DNA of 63,620 nt, the filler included, from Choristocarpus tenellus KU-1152 (lineage: Eukaryota; Protista; Phaeophyceae): assembly GCA_964200185.2 (NCBI GenBank). It is 12 parts of 12 records of this genome, joined end to end, with 100 filler letters (N's around TTAATTAATTAA, not from the genome) between each part and the next. Parts side by side here need not be neighbours in the genome. Positions count along the whole stretch, not along the records: positions 1 to 3,276 come from CAXNAD020021099.1; positions 3,377 to 6,733 come from CAXNAD020020564.1; positions 6,834 to 12,133 come from CAXNAD020011231.1; positions 12,234 to 16,575 come from CAXNAD020015018.1; 8 more parts are not named here. One strand, given 5' to 3'. This document shows, one piece after another, positions 1-12,276 of this stretch; the stretch's first letter is position 1; the number at the start of each line of letters is the position of its first letter. The notes below the pieces were generated by a model that searched no databases, was not told the origin of the DNA, and saw nothing but the letters and a program-made list of their open reading frames with translations. Both the position numbers and the translations under genes were made by a program.

Positions 1-103
1 TTACTTATAGTAATGAGGTGTGGGTTGGTTTTTTTTTTTTTTTTTTAAAAAGACACAGCGCTTTGCCCCCCCCCCCCCCCCCCCCCCCTCCATACCGACA
101 CAG

Positions 104-235
104 GTGGACTTCCTTGAAGACTTTGAGAAAACACAAGGTGATCCACTGAGCAGTATGAGCAGATCCAGGGGGGATCGGAGGACTCTGGTAGGTCCTGGGG
201 ATGAGGATGATGAGGACTATGATCGAGCATACTGA
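104..235 (+). CDS. Probable terminal exon of an unknown protein (VDFLEDFEKTQ...EDDEDYDRAY*)
   Basis: Long pyrimidine tract plus CAG acceptor at 101-103, open frame to TGA at 233-235, acidic C-terminus. Confidence 0.6.
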   Translation: MDFLEDFEKTQGDPLSSMSRSRGDRRTLVGPGDEDDEDYDRAY

Positions 236-279
236 TTGTGGATAGAGTGGGAACTTTAACGAGGTGCATTGCAAGGAAC

Positions 280-615
280 TGTTACAGAGTGCACAGTGGC
301 CTGGTGGTAGAATTGTGGTAGGGCTGGGCTTGATGGAGTGAGAGCATGGAGAGGGTTACATGAAGGATATGGTGGTAGGAATGCTAACACATGCAGTGTG
401 TAACAGAAGTGCGTTTGTGTCATGTTTTCTGGGGCCAGCATGCTGAGTGGCGTGCTCTCTTCATTTTTTGAGGGATTTATGAATGGAAAATTCTGGAGAA
501 AAATATGAAGGCTATGCTTCAAGTAGTAGTGAGACAAGAGTGTGTGTTCCAAATCATGGTTGTACTCCTTGACGTATTAGTATCTTTTAGACGGTGAAAG
601 CTCTCGCCTGTAACA
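280..615 (+). mobile_element. Possible LTR (336 bp)
   Basis: Bounded by an 8-bp inverted repeat TGTTACAG...CTGTAACA. The end TCGCCTGTAACA equals the end of the LTR at 15253-15562, and it is followed by GTGGTAC (PBS-like). No TSD seen. Confidence 0.4.
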
Positions 616-3227
616 GTGGTACAGGGTAGTGTCCATTTTTTTATCAGTGTTTCGTCCTATCACGTCTTTCGTGTAATCGATCCATCTCCTTTGTTGTTAC
701 TTTTTTTATGTGTTTTGTCATAATTGGAGGGAGAGGAGATGGATGAGGGAGATCCGTTGATGCTCGCTCGCTCGCCTCTGTGTGTTTATTTCATGGGCGT
801 GGGATACGTATTAAGAAATGAGCTTTGACAGTTACATAACTTTTCTGAAAAAAAATTTGTGAGAAAGTGTTTTCCTTTTTGTCTCTGTGACTTTTTCCCA
901 ACTTTATTGTACTCATGACCTTGTGTGTTTGTTGCATTGTATAAGGGGCCCGGGTGGTGTGTAGGGTGGGGGGGGGGCGAGGGGGGGAAGAGACCCCAAC
1001 CGCTGTTGGTTCGGCTGAGGCACAGGAGTATTGGGTTACCTTGTCTTAGGATGTGGAATATTGGGTGCTTCTTGATTAAGTTCATGTGGTGATGTTTTGG
1101 ATTGTAGATTGGTGGGGGTAGGGACAGTAACATGGGCTGCTGTCTCATGGATATGAGACCGGCCTGCAATTAATACCAACGTTTGTTAACCATTGTTGTC
1201 CATGAGATGGAAGGACAGGACATGCTCTTGTTTGCTTGCTTCTTGAGCTGGTTTTTATTGTGGCGTGTGCATTAGAGTGACTACTCTCCCTTGTCCCTGA
1301 CCCTTAGGCTTTTGTTGTTTCCTACCTGAGAGAAGAGAACAGAGGTTCTGGGTGATGTGATGGTATGCCATTTGTAGTTATTCATTCATATGGAGACTAT
1401 TCATCACTGAAAGTGTAGGGGAGGTACCCAGAGTTGCGTTTCAAGGATGTTGACATATATGTGCGAAAATTCGGCATTTTTTTACAGGCGTGTGTAGGTA
1501 GTTTTTTTAATTGTGTCCGAAAAGTTGCAAACAATGGAGAAATCAATGCTCTCGTTAGTCAAACTTGGAACTTTACCAATAGAAATGTGGGCGAGTTGCA
1601 AGAGATTGAATAACGACTTGAAATGCAAAACGGCCAAAACCTGGGTACCTCTCGTTTACATAGACTCCATGTGAGGGGCAGACAACAAGAATTTTCTATC
1701 TTCTTGTTGGAGGTGATGCGTGAAATTTTAGGTGGAAGTTTTGCGATAGCATTGTGCTTTGAAGTATCAACTTTTGGTATACTGCAAGCGTACTTTATTT
1801 GTAACAGGCACTGCATTGATTGTAGAGGTAGCTACCACTTGGCTTTTTTAGTGGTAGGAGAGGTTGATTGCCTTCTTCAGGCGGAAGGGTAGATGTCAAG
1901 AATCCGAGTGATGCAGACCAACCTGTGGTGTGGCACAGGTGTACTTTTTCCTGTCCCACGTGGTGTATGGAGGGGCAGTGCTTGATGGACAAGAAGGCGT
2001 GAACTCACAGTTTGCAGTGGAAGAACTATATGTTGTGCGAATATTTGTAGATATGCAAGGAAGTCAAAGATGACAAGGTGTCCGCCAAGTGGCATGCCGA
2101 GAATGTCCATCCACCTGACAAGAAGCTAGACGTAGGGTGTGCTGTAGGGCTATGTCTGCTAGCAACACTTTCGTATGTTCTTAACAATAGAGGTGGCCCT
2201 TTCATGCTGCACGTCAACACACAGCATTCAATATTCGTGTCATACTTTCCCGTACAAGTTGTTACTGGTCCAATACTATAGGGATGGATAAGGGGTAGTC
2301 AAGGTAAGAAACTCGTTTTCTTACGTACAGTCAGTCAAGGGTCTCAATAGCAAGCACCTGATGCCATCTGCCTTCGTGTCCAGGTAGACATCTACTCTAC
2401 AAGAAACATGGCCATCACTCCTGGTGGGCTGGCATTACTTGTGTAATATTGGTCTAGTGTGATGCACGATATATGTGTATATATATATATATTTAGTCCC
2501 CTCGCGTAACAACAATTTTACTGCGACTGTGGAGTGTTCACACAATCAAAACAACTTTTTAATGGGGTAGGCGTAACGATACTTCTCTGAGCCATATATA
2601 CCCGGTACTCTAAAACACATAACTTTTCGTGAGTAGTGTGACAGGTCGTTTTGGTTCGTTAAAATATTCGAAAGCATGTTTTTGAAACAACGTTCATGAT
2701 GTGATCATGTACTCCCTAAAAATATGTCTTGGAGGAATGAAGTCGTAATGTAGACTCTCGTGTCAATACATCGCAGCAAGTCATGTTCGCTTGTCAGATT
2801 GTTGTGTCAAATACCGTATGGAAGACCTGTCCGTTTTGACCCCAGCTAGTAGTGTTGTGGTTGACGTAATGATGGCATTGAAATCTCAAGCAGGGCCTAC
2901 CTACTCTTTACGAGGAACCTGCTGGTGACTACCCCCTCACTCTGGTTCGTTCTGTGGGAGGATATCATTTAGCAAGTGTATGAATCGCCGTTATTGGTCT
3001 GAATGGTGTTAGTGAGTAGTGCATAGTGCATAGTGCAATAATTACAATATTACTACTACTTTATGGAGTGAGTATTTTTCGTTAGATAGGCAGACATAAA
3101 TTTCCCAAGCTACTAGTTAAGGTGGTCATAATGATGTGTCACCTATTCCCTACCTGACACTACCTAAAATGTTGACTGCTATTATAAACAGTTTCTTCAT
3201 TGGTAGTAATACGAACAGTTTATAGAT

Positions 3228-3276
3228 AACAGCCGATCACCAAAATTGAGGATGGAGCACACTATGGAGGATGGGT
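3228..3276 (+). mobile_element. Partial copy of the fold-back element (family D), cut by the contig end
   Basis: AACAGCCGAT..AAAATTGAGGATGGAGC matches the start of 44074-44260. Confidence 0.75.
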
Positions 3277-3376
3277 NNNNNNNNNNNNNNNNNNNNNNNN
3301 NNNNNNNNNNNNNNNNNNNNTTAATTAATTAANNNNNNNNNNNNNNNNNNNNNNNNNNNNNNNNNNNNNNNNNNNN
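3277..3376. other. Artificial contig-joining spacer (44 N + TTAATTAATTAA + 44 N); also at 6734-6833, 12134-12233, 16576-16675, 28223-28322, 30959-31058, 39417-39516, 44294-44393, 47569-47668, 56272-56371, 59915-60014
   Basis: An identical 100-bp N-flanked linker with stops in all six frames occurs 11 times. A separate 9-N gap is at 3933-3941. Confidence 0.98.
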
Positions 3377-3746
3377 TCCCCCCCCCCCCCTCTAGGACTC
3401 TATGATCCTGAAGAATAGTTTCCAAATACATGATGACAAGAAGATCAAAACCTATCAAGTGGTTTACTTCCTCGCTCGGAACAACTATAGAAAAGAGCTC
3501 GATCTCTTTTGGGGGGCCAGTCCTCTTTTTCCAGTTGAGCTTGTGCTTCCAGATGATGCTTTGGTCGATGTGATGACACAGTCAATCTTTCTGAATATTT
3601 CTATGTTTGGGTGGGCATTTTATTGTGAACATTTTGTGGTCTGGTCAATATGTATTCTTGTGTACATATATGTGTGTGTCAGATTGAGCGAATAGGATGT
3701 ATTTTCTATGTTGCAGCATATATACCTTAGTATTTCGATGTAATAT

Positions 3747-3963
3747 GAACCAAAGTATCTGGGGGGGGGAGGGGGGGGTGTCTACACCAGGGTGTCCATT
3801 TGGGCTAAAATCAGGAAAAGTCCACTTATATTATCCATCCGACGTATGCAACCAAATCACACAAAAATCGCAACATGAAAGAATTGCCCCCAGATGGACA
3901 GCCGCCACCCCCCCCCCCACCAACCCCTGAGCNNNNNNNNNCCCCCCCACAATCCTTTGAGCC
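3747..3963. mobile_element. MITE family A copy
   Basis: TIR NNNNCAAAGTATCTGGGGG. The body is the reverse complement of the copies at 28028-28211, 31059-31289 and 33744-33922. Confidence 0.85.
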
Positions 3964-4560
3964 AATGCCTAATTTTTATTTTGGCACGAACCCTAGAACC
4001 AGTTTGAACCAAACACTCTATCACAACTCCTGTACTTGCAGTTCCTTCGAGGTGTTGCTGAGGACCTGGAGGCCACAAGTGGACATGGACCAGGCGGTTG
4101 TGGGATCTTCGGAGACATGGAGCATGTGGGTCATGCCCAACAGTACCCAGACTCGGATGATGCCATCCATGCCTGACACTGGGAGCGGCGGGTTTTGGGG
4201 CAGTGGTGGTGTAATTTCTAAACAGAGGCCTGTAAATCATTGTAGGGCATGGCAGAATTAACATTTTTTTCTGAGAAGTGACAGGAAAGGGGTTTGTTCA
4301 TCACTTTTATATTTCTGAGGTGTGGTGGAACCTGACCAACCAGTTGGCGTTGGTCAATGGCACTCTTGTCTTCCCGTCCGTTTTCTTGAGAGAGTGCGGA
4401 GCTCTAACCCTCTCTGGCTGCCAGAGATTAGGGGTAATGAGGACAGTAGTGTGTGACCATTGCATCACATCTGCCAAGAGTCCGATGATGGCATTATGGC
4501 AATGCCTGTGGTGATGGCTTCGAACCCTGTTAACATTTTTTTTCCAAACAAAGCCCCACA
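3964..4560 (-). pseudogene. Decayed C-terminal (RHN/RLE-like) region of a non-LTR retrotransposon
   Basis: Minus-strand frames give RHCHNAIIGLLADVM (RHN motif after the zinc knuckle), then YRPL..., GW and WVLLG across frameshifts, resembling RLE C-termini. Confidence 0.4.
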
Positions 4561-6340
4561 CACACAAGAAAAAGAGCCCCCCATAAACGATCCAGTCAGA
4601 ACTGTAAGAACTGTACCATAAGCGAGCATGGCACTATTCAGTCCTTTTGTTTGAATTCTGATGGGAGTGGATGGCCTGAGGGTACTCCCCAGGGAGACTG
4701 TTCTATGTACAATAGCTGGGTTTTTTTCTTATCTACTTGAGGTCTGAACACTGTGAGCGCACACACACAATTATTGCATAGGATAATGCCGTTAGTTGTT
4801 TGGGTTTGATTTTTTTCTCCAATGATCGTCTCACACCTGAATAAAGGTGTCTCACTTGCTTTGGATTTATTAAGGTCTAGCATCTGTGATTGGCTCGAGC
4901 TCATCAGCCCACCTGGCAGATATTGCGGACAATCGCCTTCAAGCATTGTCTGTCCAAACGCCCTGGTTGGTACTGCCAAGTCATGTTTGTAGTTGTGCCC
5001 ATTCTTCCTATCCGTGCCTTGCTATCAAGTGGAGCGCGGGCTAGTCTCCTCCTTGGAGCCTTTTCTACCCTGGATGTATTATTGTTTGTCAACAATTTCA
5101 TATTTTGTGGATATGGAATGAAGTTGGCTTTGCACACTTCATGTGGTTGTTTCACAGGGGTGACGAGCATTGTTCTACAGGGTCTGCCTGCTGGAGCTCT
5201 GCGATTTGGTGGGGCGTATCTCTTGGGTGGGGAGTTTAAGCCCCGAGCTTTTCTTTTTTTTTGGCATTCTGTGTGGAATCTTGTTGAGGGTTAGGGCAAA
5301 GAGGCGATTCAAGATTTTTGATGTGTAGGGTTGCCACAGTGCTGGGCAGGTGGTGCGTATTCTATGCTTACTCATGGTGGTGATGACATGGGCTGCATGT
5401 GGGGATGGTCCAATGTACTATTTCTATTTTATTGTATTTCCATTGACACACTGATCTGTTCATTTCATTTCTGGTTGTGTTCTGACTTTGTGCTACTAAT
5501 GTTTCACCTGCTGTTAATACATTGAGACAAGAAGTACTGAGCACATCGAACCTGAAAAAGTTGTCGTTGGTCCTCCATGAGCCGTTAGTTGGAGGACACG
5601 ACGTTTTTTTTTTTTTTTTTTACAAACGCGTTTACTCGGCATATTTGATGCACTGCACACTCACGGCGACCATGGAACTACCGACTACTCCAACTTTATT
5701 ACAGCTAGTCTTCTCAAAGCTGTTGGTGAATTCAGATGAATTGTATGTAGAACGCCTAAGTGGTGACGAAAGACTCGAACAATACGGATTATTGTCATGA
5801 CGAGAGGTTTGCCACACCTGCACCTTCTTGGAAAAGGAACTCGTTCTGGAATATGCTGTAGCGCGTATGAACATGTGTTCCTTCTTCTTTGGGCGGATTT
5901 TGTGGCGTAAATCTGTAGTTGTATTAAGGAACTACCGCTGGGCCATAATTTGGCCCTGTCATCTTTAGTCGGAATTGGGCCTTGTTGTGGCTGGTGCGAC
6001 ATGTGCTTGGATTGCTTTTCTTTCTGTGGTTGAGCGACTCATGGGTCTCTTCCTCTCTTTTATGTTTTTAATGTGTCGGTGTATCTGACCAGAGGTAGGA
6101 GAAGATTGGATACATATGCGAATGGTAGAATACATCTTTTAGAGGGAGTTCTAATAATGTTTTGCTGAAATTTCTACTGCACTGGTTCTTCTACGTTCTT
6201 AGTGGATGGAATATTGAGAGACGTTCGAGTACGAAGCATATATATGCGGTATGTCTTGTTTGATCACGAACATAAAGGTAAGAAAACAAAATAATCTTGT
6301 GGTTGGGATTATCTCTGCCCGTATCCCTTCCTCAAAACCA

Positions 6341-6733
6341 TCCTGTCGACCATTTTATTATTATGCCCTCTGACATTATATAGATGTGCCACAACAATAA
6401 CTAATGAAAAATATTCACATGTTTGAAAAATCCTGTCAACTATTGTTTTATTATTATACCCTCTGACATTTTGCAGATGTGTCAGGGGGAAAACAAATGA
6501 AAACTATACATATGTAGTTATTAGCCCTAATAAAGAAATAAATTATCAAAAATGTGAAAACACTATAAAACACTCGAAGTAGTGTGAAAACCAATCAACT
6601 ATCAGTTACTTCACCACTATCAATATTGTACTACTGTCTTCCTGTGCGCCCTATCTACCTACTCCTGTGCCCCGGGGGGGGGGAACTAGGGAGGCATCCC
6701 AAGAATCCAACAAACCCCTCCGTTCCCATCTCC
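6341..6733 (-). mobile_element. 3' end (end of ORF, 3' UTR, stem-loop and TAA/A tail) of a CRE-like RLE LINE, plus a second short 3'-end copy in tandem
   Basis: 6553-6733 is the reverse complement of 43508-43683. 6459-6498 is identical to 42448-42487. The tail is ATAATAATAAAA. Confidence 0.8.
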
Positions 6734-7988
6734 NNNNNNNNNNNNNNNNNNNNNNNNNNNNNNNNNNNNNNNNNNNNTTAATTAATTAANNNNNNNNNNN
6801 NNNNNNNNNNNNNNNNNNNNNNNNNNNNNNNNNGGGGGGGGTGATATATAATCAAGGGGGAGAGAGCATACTAGATTCCGTGGGAAAATTCGAATTATTG
6901 TTGTCTATGAAATCCATTTAATGGTGTTCAAATGTGCTATTGTATTGCTAAGTTTATTGTTGTGAAAAAAAAATTGGTAAAATTGAATTTTGTTGTGTGT
7001 TTCAGTTGAACCCCATGCAACCTTTTAAAAAAAGCAAGTTTGGTAATACAATCGGTGGAAGGTGATTGTGGACTGGATTTGAAATGATTTGAAATTTGTA
7101 AATGAGTATGCTATTATTTTCTGCACTGGTGAGATAATTGATATGCCCGGGGGAGGGGGGGTTGTGATTGTTCGATAATACCTCCTGAGATGCCCTTGCA
7201 CTCTTTTGTTACTTAGAACTTTTCCTTTACCTTCAAACAAGAATTCCACAAGTTTGTTGCATAAAATCTCAATGTTTTACATATATATGATATTTTTTTA
7301 ATCACAGCTTTATTTGCAGATTTTGGAAAATAATATTCCCTACCCCCACCCCCACCCCCCAAGTATTCAATGTGGTGCAGATAACAGATAGCATACATAA
7401 CAATTTATATCGGAATCTACCTTTTGAGTATGGTACTGATTTATTGAGCGATGCCGTATGACTAAGAATGTATCTCTTGTTGGTGTATGTTTATATGTAT
7501 ATATGCATACATCTAGGAATTTACTTGGGCCATTAGAGTTAAATATCATACCATCATGCCCTTACACCTCTCCAATTTCCAAACCAATGGAAATCGGTAG
7601 AAGCCTATATGAGTCAGCGAGAACCAAGGCCACCTTTGAAGGCGTCTTGTTTTTTGTTTTTTTTAAGTGAATGAGTACCCACGTTTGTTTTCACTGTAAG
7701 TCACTAGTATACATTGGAAATAGTGTTGCTATCATACTGGCAACCCTGAGCACCTGCTGTTGTGCAGGAGATCTGAAGCCCTCACAGCACCACTGGCCCA
7801 GGGAGGTAGGTCTCTGTACAGTATGAGGTATTCAGGTTACGCTGTATCAGGACAAGCAATTGTTACAAACGTAGAACTGAAAAACATAGTGATGTCTCTT
7901 TTCCACTATTTTCTCTTTTTTGAGGTGTGCTTGTTTGTGTGTGTTGAATGATGCATATACCTGATTTTATTTTATTTTTTACCTGCAG

Positions 7989-8172
7989 GGTGTACATCTA
8001 CGAAAAATTCAACGCTATCCCAAGATCATCCATGGGAGGGTTTGCGCCAGCTGCTGCTCAGTTCTTTTGTGGATGTGTAGTTCTTTCCCTTCAGTACCTT
8101 CACAAGATGAGCGTTGCCTATAGGGACCTCAAGCCCGAAAACTTGCTTTTGGCCCAGGATGGCTACCTCAAG
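7989..8172 (+). CDS. AGC-family (PKA/PKG-like) Ser/Thr kinase, internal exon (subdomains VIa-VIb)
   Basis: CAG acceptor, VYIYEKF...LQYLHKMSVAYRDLKPENLLLAQDGYLK, GTAAGT donor in phase 0. Confidence 0.93.
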
Positions 8173-8176
8173 GTAA

Positions 8177-8325
8177 GTGTGTTATGTGTGTGTGTCTCGT
8201 TGTAGTTGTTGTGTGTGTGTGTTATGTGTATGTGTCTCGTTGTAGTTGTGTGTGTGTTATGTGTATGTGTCTCGTTGTAGTTGTTGTGTGTGTGTTATGT
8301 GTGTGTGTCTCGTTGTAGTTGTGTG
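8177..8325. repeat. Minisatellite, about 4 copies of a 36-41 bp GT-rich unit (GTTATGTGTATGTGTCTCGTTGTAGTTGT...)
   Basis: Direct reading; lies just after the kinase splice donor. (GT)n is also at 8436-8462. Confidence 0.9.
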
Positions 8326-8432
8326 ACAAGTGTTTATTTGATTCTGTTTTATTTGGTGTTATGCTCGAATAGTTAAGTTGATTTTTTACAAGTGTATCAA
8401 GTGAGGGTTTTTCTGATTGAGGGTTTTTGTGT

Positions 8433-8466
<34 letters not shown>

Positions 8467-10958
8467 AATGCCATGAATTATGAGTGGGTGTTTTTTTTTT
8501 AGTGTTGATCAAATTTGTTAGCCAATTGAATTCACTGCTTTCTTTTTCTATTTTTTTTGTTTTCAACATCATTTTTTTTTTTAGAGATGAATTCCATCGG
8601 GGTGTAACACATTTGTGAGATTTTATTGTTTATTGTTATTTTTTATCTCAATTGAGAAACGAACGAAACAAAAAGGACCAAGTTAGTGCCGGCTTAACGG
8701 TAGGTTTTTGTGGATGTTGGTTGTGAGTTCACTGCCTGATGTGGAGTGGAGGTTTGCGCACTTTACAGGCGTGTTTATCTTCTTTTTTTTCTCACTATTG
8801 CTTCAGTGTAGTTTGTTTCTTGCTGATGGTACTCCTTCAAACAGGATCTTTCAAACAGGATCTGACCCTTGTGGCACTGGCTCATTCATAGATGTCTCTT
8901 TAGTCTCTTTTGGCTCTTGAATAGTGGAGACTTGGATAGATTCCCGCATTGGCGATTGGATTGGTCAAGGCGTGCCTTTTTTTCAGGGTGTAGGTGTTGA
9001 TTTTCTTGTTGAATCTTTTTCAACACACCTATAGGGTCTCCCTATGCTCTAGTAGAGAGAGGGCAGTTCTTGAGTTTTTTTTTGTGTGTGTAAACTAAAG
9101 GACCTTTCTCCTTTCCGTGATTGGTCAATCCGCATACGACTCCTTCACGCTGATTGGACTTTTTTAGTGGTCGTAGAGAGGGTCAACAAGGCACAAGGGT
9201 GGTGCCTAGGAGATTTAAATAGCACCTGCAATCTCTAGACTGCTCTTCCTATGCCAAGAAAAACCTTGTAGACTATGGTATCCAGGAGATGGAAAGTCCG
9301 ATGTCACCTTCCACTCACCACAAACCCCTCATTTCATTCTTGATCATCCCATTCCATCAGATCATCTTTCAGTTTAGATGGGAGGAGGGGGGGATAGAAG
9401 CCCGTTGGGGTAAGATACTAAAAAGAAAGATCCTAGTCGTGCCTTGATTCAACTATCACTGTTGATAGTTGAGGAACCTCTTTCAAGAGTGAGGCCATGT
9501 GGAGGGCGAGCTTTAACTGGTTCAGTTTGTCCACCTCTCTTTCTCTCTCTCTCTATTAGACATGACCTGGAGTCAGGCTGGATTGGGTTGAGGATTTGAT
9601 GAGGGATCTTGTGACAAGGTGGCAGGTATTAATGGTAGATGATGAGTGGCGAGTCCATGGTCTGGACCAGGTTCAATAAATTTTTGGAACCTGTCCAGTC
9701 TGCAGGCTCAAATATTTTCTTGGCATGTTGACACCAGAGCCTTGAGAGATTATCAGTGACCAGATCGTTGTACAGTCAAGGTTAATGGCTGATGGTACAA
9801 AGTTGACCTGGTTTGGTTCTTATTTGTTCATCGTAGTGATTGAGAGTGGGCGACTGAAGGTGGGTGACTGAAGGTACGTCAAATATATATACATATATAG
9901 ATATTTCCACATGCATCTTGGGACACATTTTGACTTGATGTGTTTGTGGTCATCAACTACTCTAACATGGCTAGGGCACAGGTTGGTTTGGTGTAACATG
10001 TTCTGATAGGACTGGTCCATGACCATGGAGTGTTTTAGAATGACTGGGCAACCAACAGGCTGGCCCAGTACCAGCATGTTCTGACAGAGGTAAAGTACAT
10101 ATTCCATCAAGTGTTTCAACATATCCGTACAATGGGATCAGTGAGTCATGGCCATGCTAAGTGCATGGACCAATGGAAAATAGAAAGTGCACATGTTTAA
10201 GTCTAAAATGAGTATTGCCTATTTTGAGGTGAAGAGGTCGTACATCTTGCTGTGATGTAATTTAGGCCACACCAACGACCACATTTACATTCCTACCCAG
10301 TCAGCCACCAGTCAGCCAGGCATATATCCTTCTTTTTTTTCTTTTTTTCTTTTTTGGGGGGGGGGGTTCTATAGTTGTGTCTTCGGAAAAAACATGTGCA
10401 AAAAAGAACGAGAACTCCAGTGGTGCTCCATCCCTAACCTTAAGAAGTGGTTGTGCGATTTTTCAAAAAAAATTCTTGCCTCGCACATTGTACGTTCTGT
10501 AATTTTGTAATTTTGATGTGTTGGAACCCGAGGCGTTGTTTGCGTTGTGTTCTGTGTTCTGTGTTCTGGTCCGTTGGAACACTTACGGCATGTATAAGTG
10601 TAGACATTCCTTCAAGTACACGTTTTGTGTTGGAAGACTGCGCTGTTTGAAATCAGGAGAAGCACAAATTTGATGCGCAGTACTTTTCTTTTCTTTTTTG
10701 TGCTATGCTTAAGGGGTGCAGGTCATCGTCCCCCGGCCCCGGCCCCTCCGATGTGAGAGGAGGGGTCCAAGCCCCCAAGATATATGAGTGGGTATTGCTA
10801 GTCGCAGAGCAGTAAACACCTGTAACTGTGATTGTGGTACCGACCTTGCTCTCTAACCTGCCTGTGTTGTCACACCATCCTTCCCTTCTGTGAGTATCGT
10901 TGATTGAAGAAATTGGCAAGAAAAAAAATGTATGCAATATAAACATAAACATAAACAT

Positions 10959-10990
<32 letters not shown>

Positions 10991-11697
10991 ATATTTTTCA
11001 TTTTTCTTGGAATGGCAATGCCCGTAGATTTTTTTGTGTGTGAACAGATTGACAGCACCACTGTTGTGTGATTAGGACATGACAATGATATTAATGATGT
11101 TAACCAACCAGTTAGAAATAGACGATTTTGTCTGGGAAGGCAAGCGGTCGCATGCCTGTAGGAAGAGCACGCAGGAAGGGAAGAGATGAACTCCATGATG
11201 CCACCTAAGCAAGAGATATCTGTGCAGGACTTAATAGAGAGTTTTGCTCCACTCTGCAAGGAGAATGTGCTCTCATAAAATAATAAAAAATAAAAAAGCA
11301 GGGTGTACACCAGTTGAGGTGTTGTCCTTTTTTCCCGGGTTCTTTTATTAGGGGAACAAGGTTTGCTGTTGTTGAAAGGCGTATAGTGGTCCGTAGTGAA
11401 TATTTGTTGAGTTGAAATTGTGTGTTGACACGTAGACAGGTCGGGAAAACTTGGATCTTCCATTGTTCCATGTTTTATTTTATTTTATTTGTTGCATCTT
11501 TTTTTTTCCAAAGGTTGAAACCTCTTCCTCTCACTGCCACTCTTTCAGTACTTGTGCTTTTTGAGTGGCGTCAAAACTGTACCCACACGCATATACCCCT
11601 CCCTCCCAGATGGTGATGCACAGTTCCTAACCCCAACCCTACCTAACCTCCCAACTCTTGCATGAAACATCGGCAAAAATAAATTAAAATAAAACAG

Positions 11698-11963
11698 ATA
11701 ATCGATTTCGGATTTGCAAAGCGCATTCCGTTCAAGAAAGGGTCTAACATCCACAACAAGTCCTTCACCCTATGTGGAACACCGGACTACCTTGCCCCTG
11801 AGCTAGTCTTGTCAAAGGGTCACGACAAAAGTGTTGACTACTGGGCACTGGGATGCTTCCTATACGAACTTCTCGTGGGGAGGACTCCATTCACTGACGC
11901 TCACCAGGCGGAGATCTTCAAGAAGGTGATGCGCAGCGACCGGTTCTTGAAGTTCCCAAACAG
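11698..11963 (+). CDS. AGC-family (PKA/PKG-like) kinase, next exon (subdomains VII-X)
   Basis: IIDFGFAKR...SFTLCGTPDYLAPELVLSKGHDKSVDYWALGCFLYELLVGRTPF. Joins the previous exon in phase 0 across a 3525-bp GT-AG intron; GTGAGT donor. Confidence 0.95.
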
Positions 11964-12233
11964 GTGAGTACTGCACGGACGGAGGAGTTCATTGTACCTG
12001 GATAGGGTTTTTTTTTCTGGTCTTTACGTGGTGTTAGGTAGTTGGTGTAGCTTTCAAGGTTTTGAGGGGGGGGGGGGGGGGGGGCCCCAGGAGTGAAAAA
12101 GTATGCCGCCATACTGAGGAGCGGTCCCTTTCTNNNNNNNNNNNNNNNNNNNNNNNNNNNNNNNNNNNNNNNNNNNNTTAATTAATTAANNNNNNNNNNN
12201 NNNNNNNNNNNNNNNNNNNNNNNNNNNNNNNNN

Positions 12234-12276
12234 GACAAACAGGGCAAAACTCGTACCCTCTAAGATATTTTCACTC
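12234..12276 (-). mobile_element. MITE family C, partial terminus
   Basis: GACAAACAGGGCAAAACTCGTACCCTCTAAGATATTTTCACTC matches 55143-55185 and truncates the Gypsy RT. Confidence 0.9.

Noticed and set aside
1500-2300. Integrase-like fragment (HHVGQEKV)
   Set aside because: Only a vague resemblance; no D,D-35-E core or CxxC in register.
3321-3332. Recurrent TTAATTAATTAA as a biological repeat or CRISPR-like array
   Set aside because: Always centred in exactly 88 N; it is an assembly linker.
8173-8330. Repeat array as CRISPR
   Set aside because: Units are contiguous low-complexity GT repeats with no unique spacers or cas genes, inside a eukaryotic intron.
11162-11278. Exon-like stretch EEHAGREEMNSMMPPKQ...* in the kinase intron
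   Set aside because: Inclusion would truncate the kinase before DFG; the flanking exons already join in phase.
10870-11463. 197-aa minus-strand ORF
   Set aside because: Lies inside the kinase intron and runs through (TA)/(GA) microsatellites; no domain.
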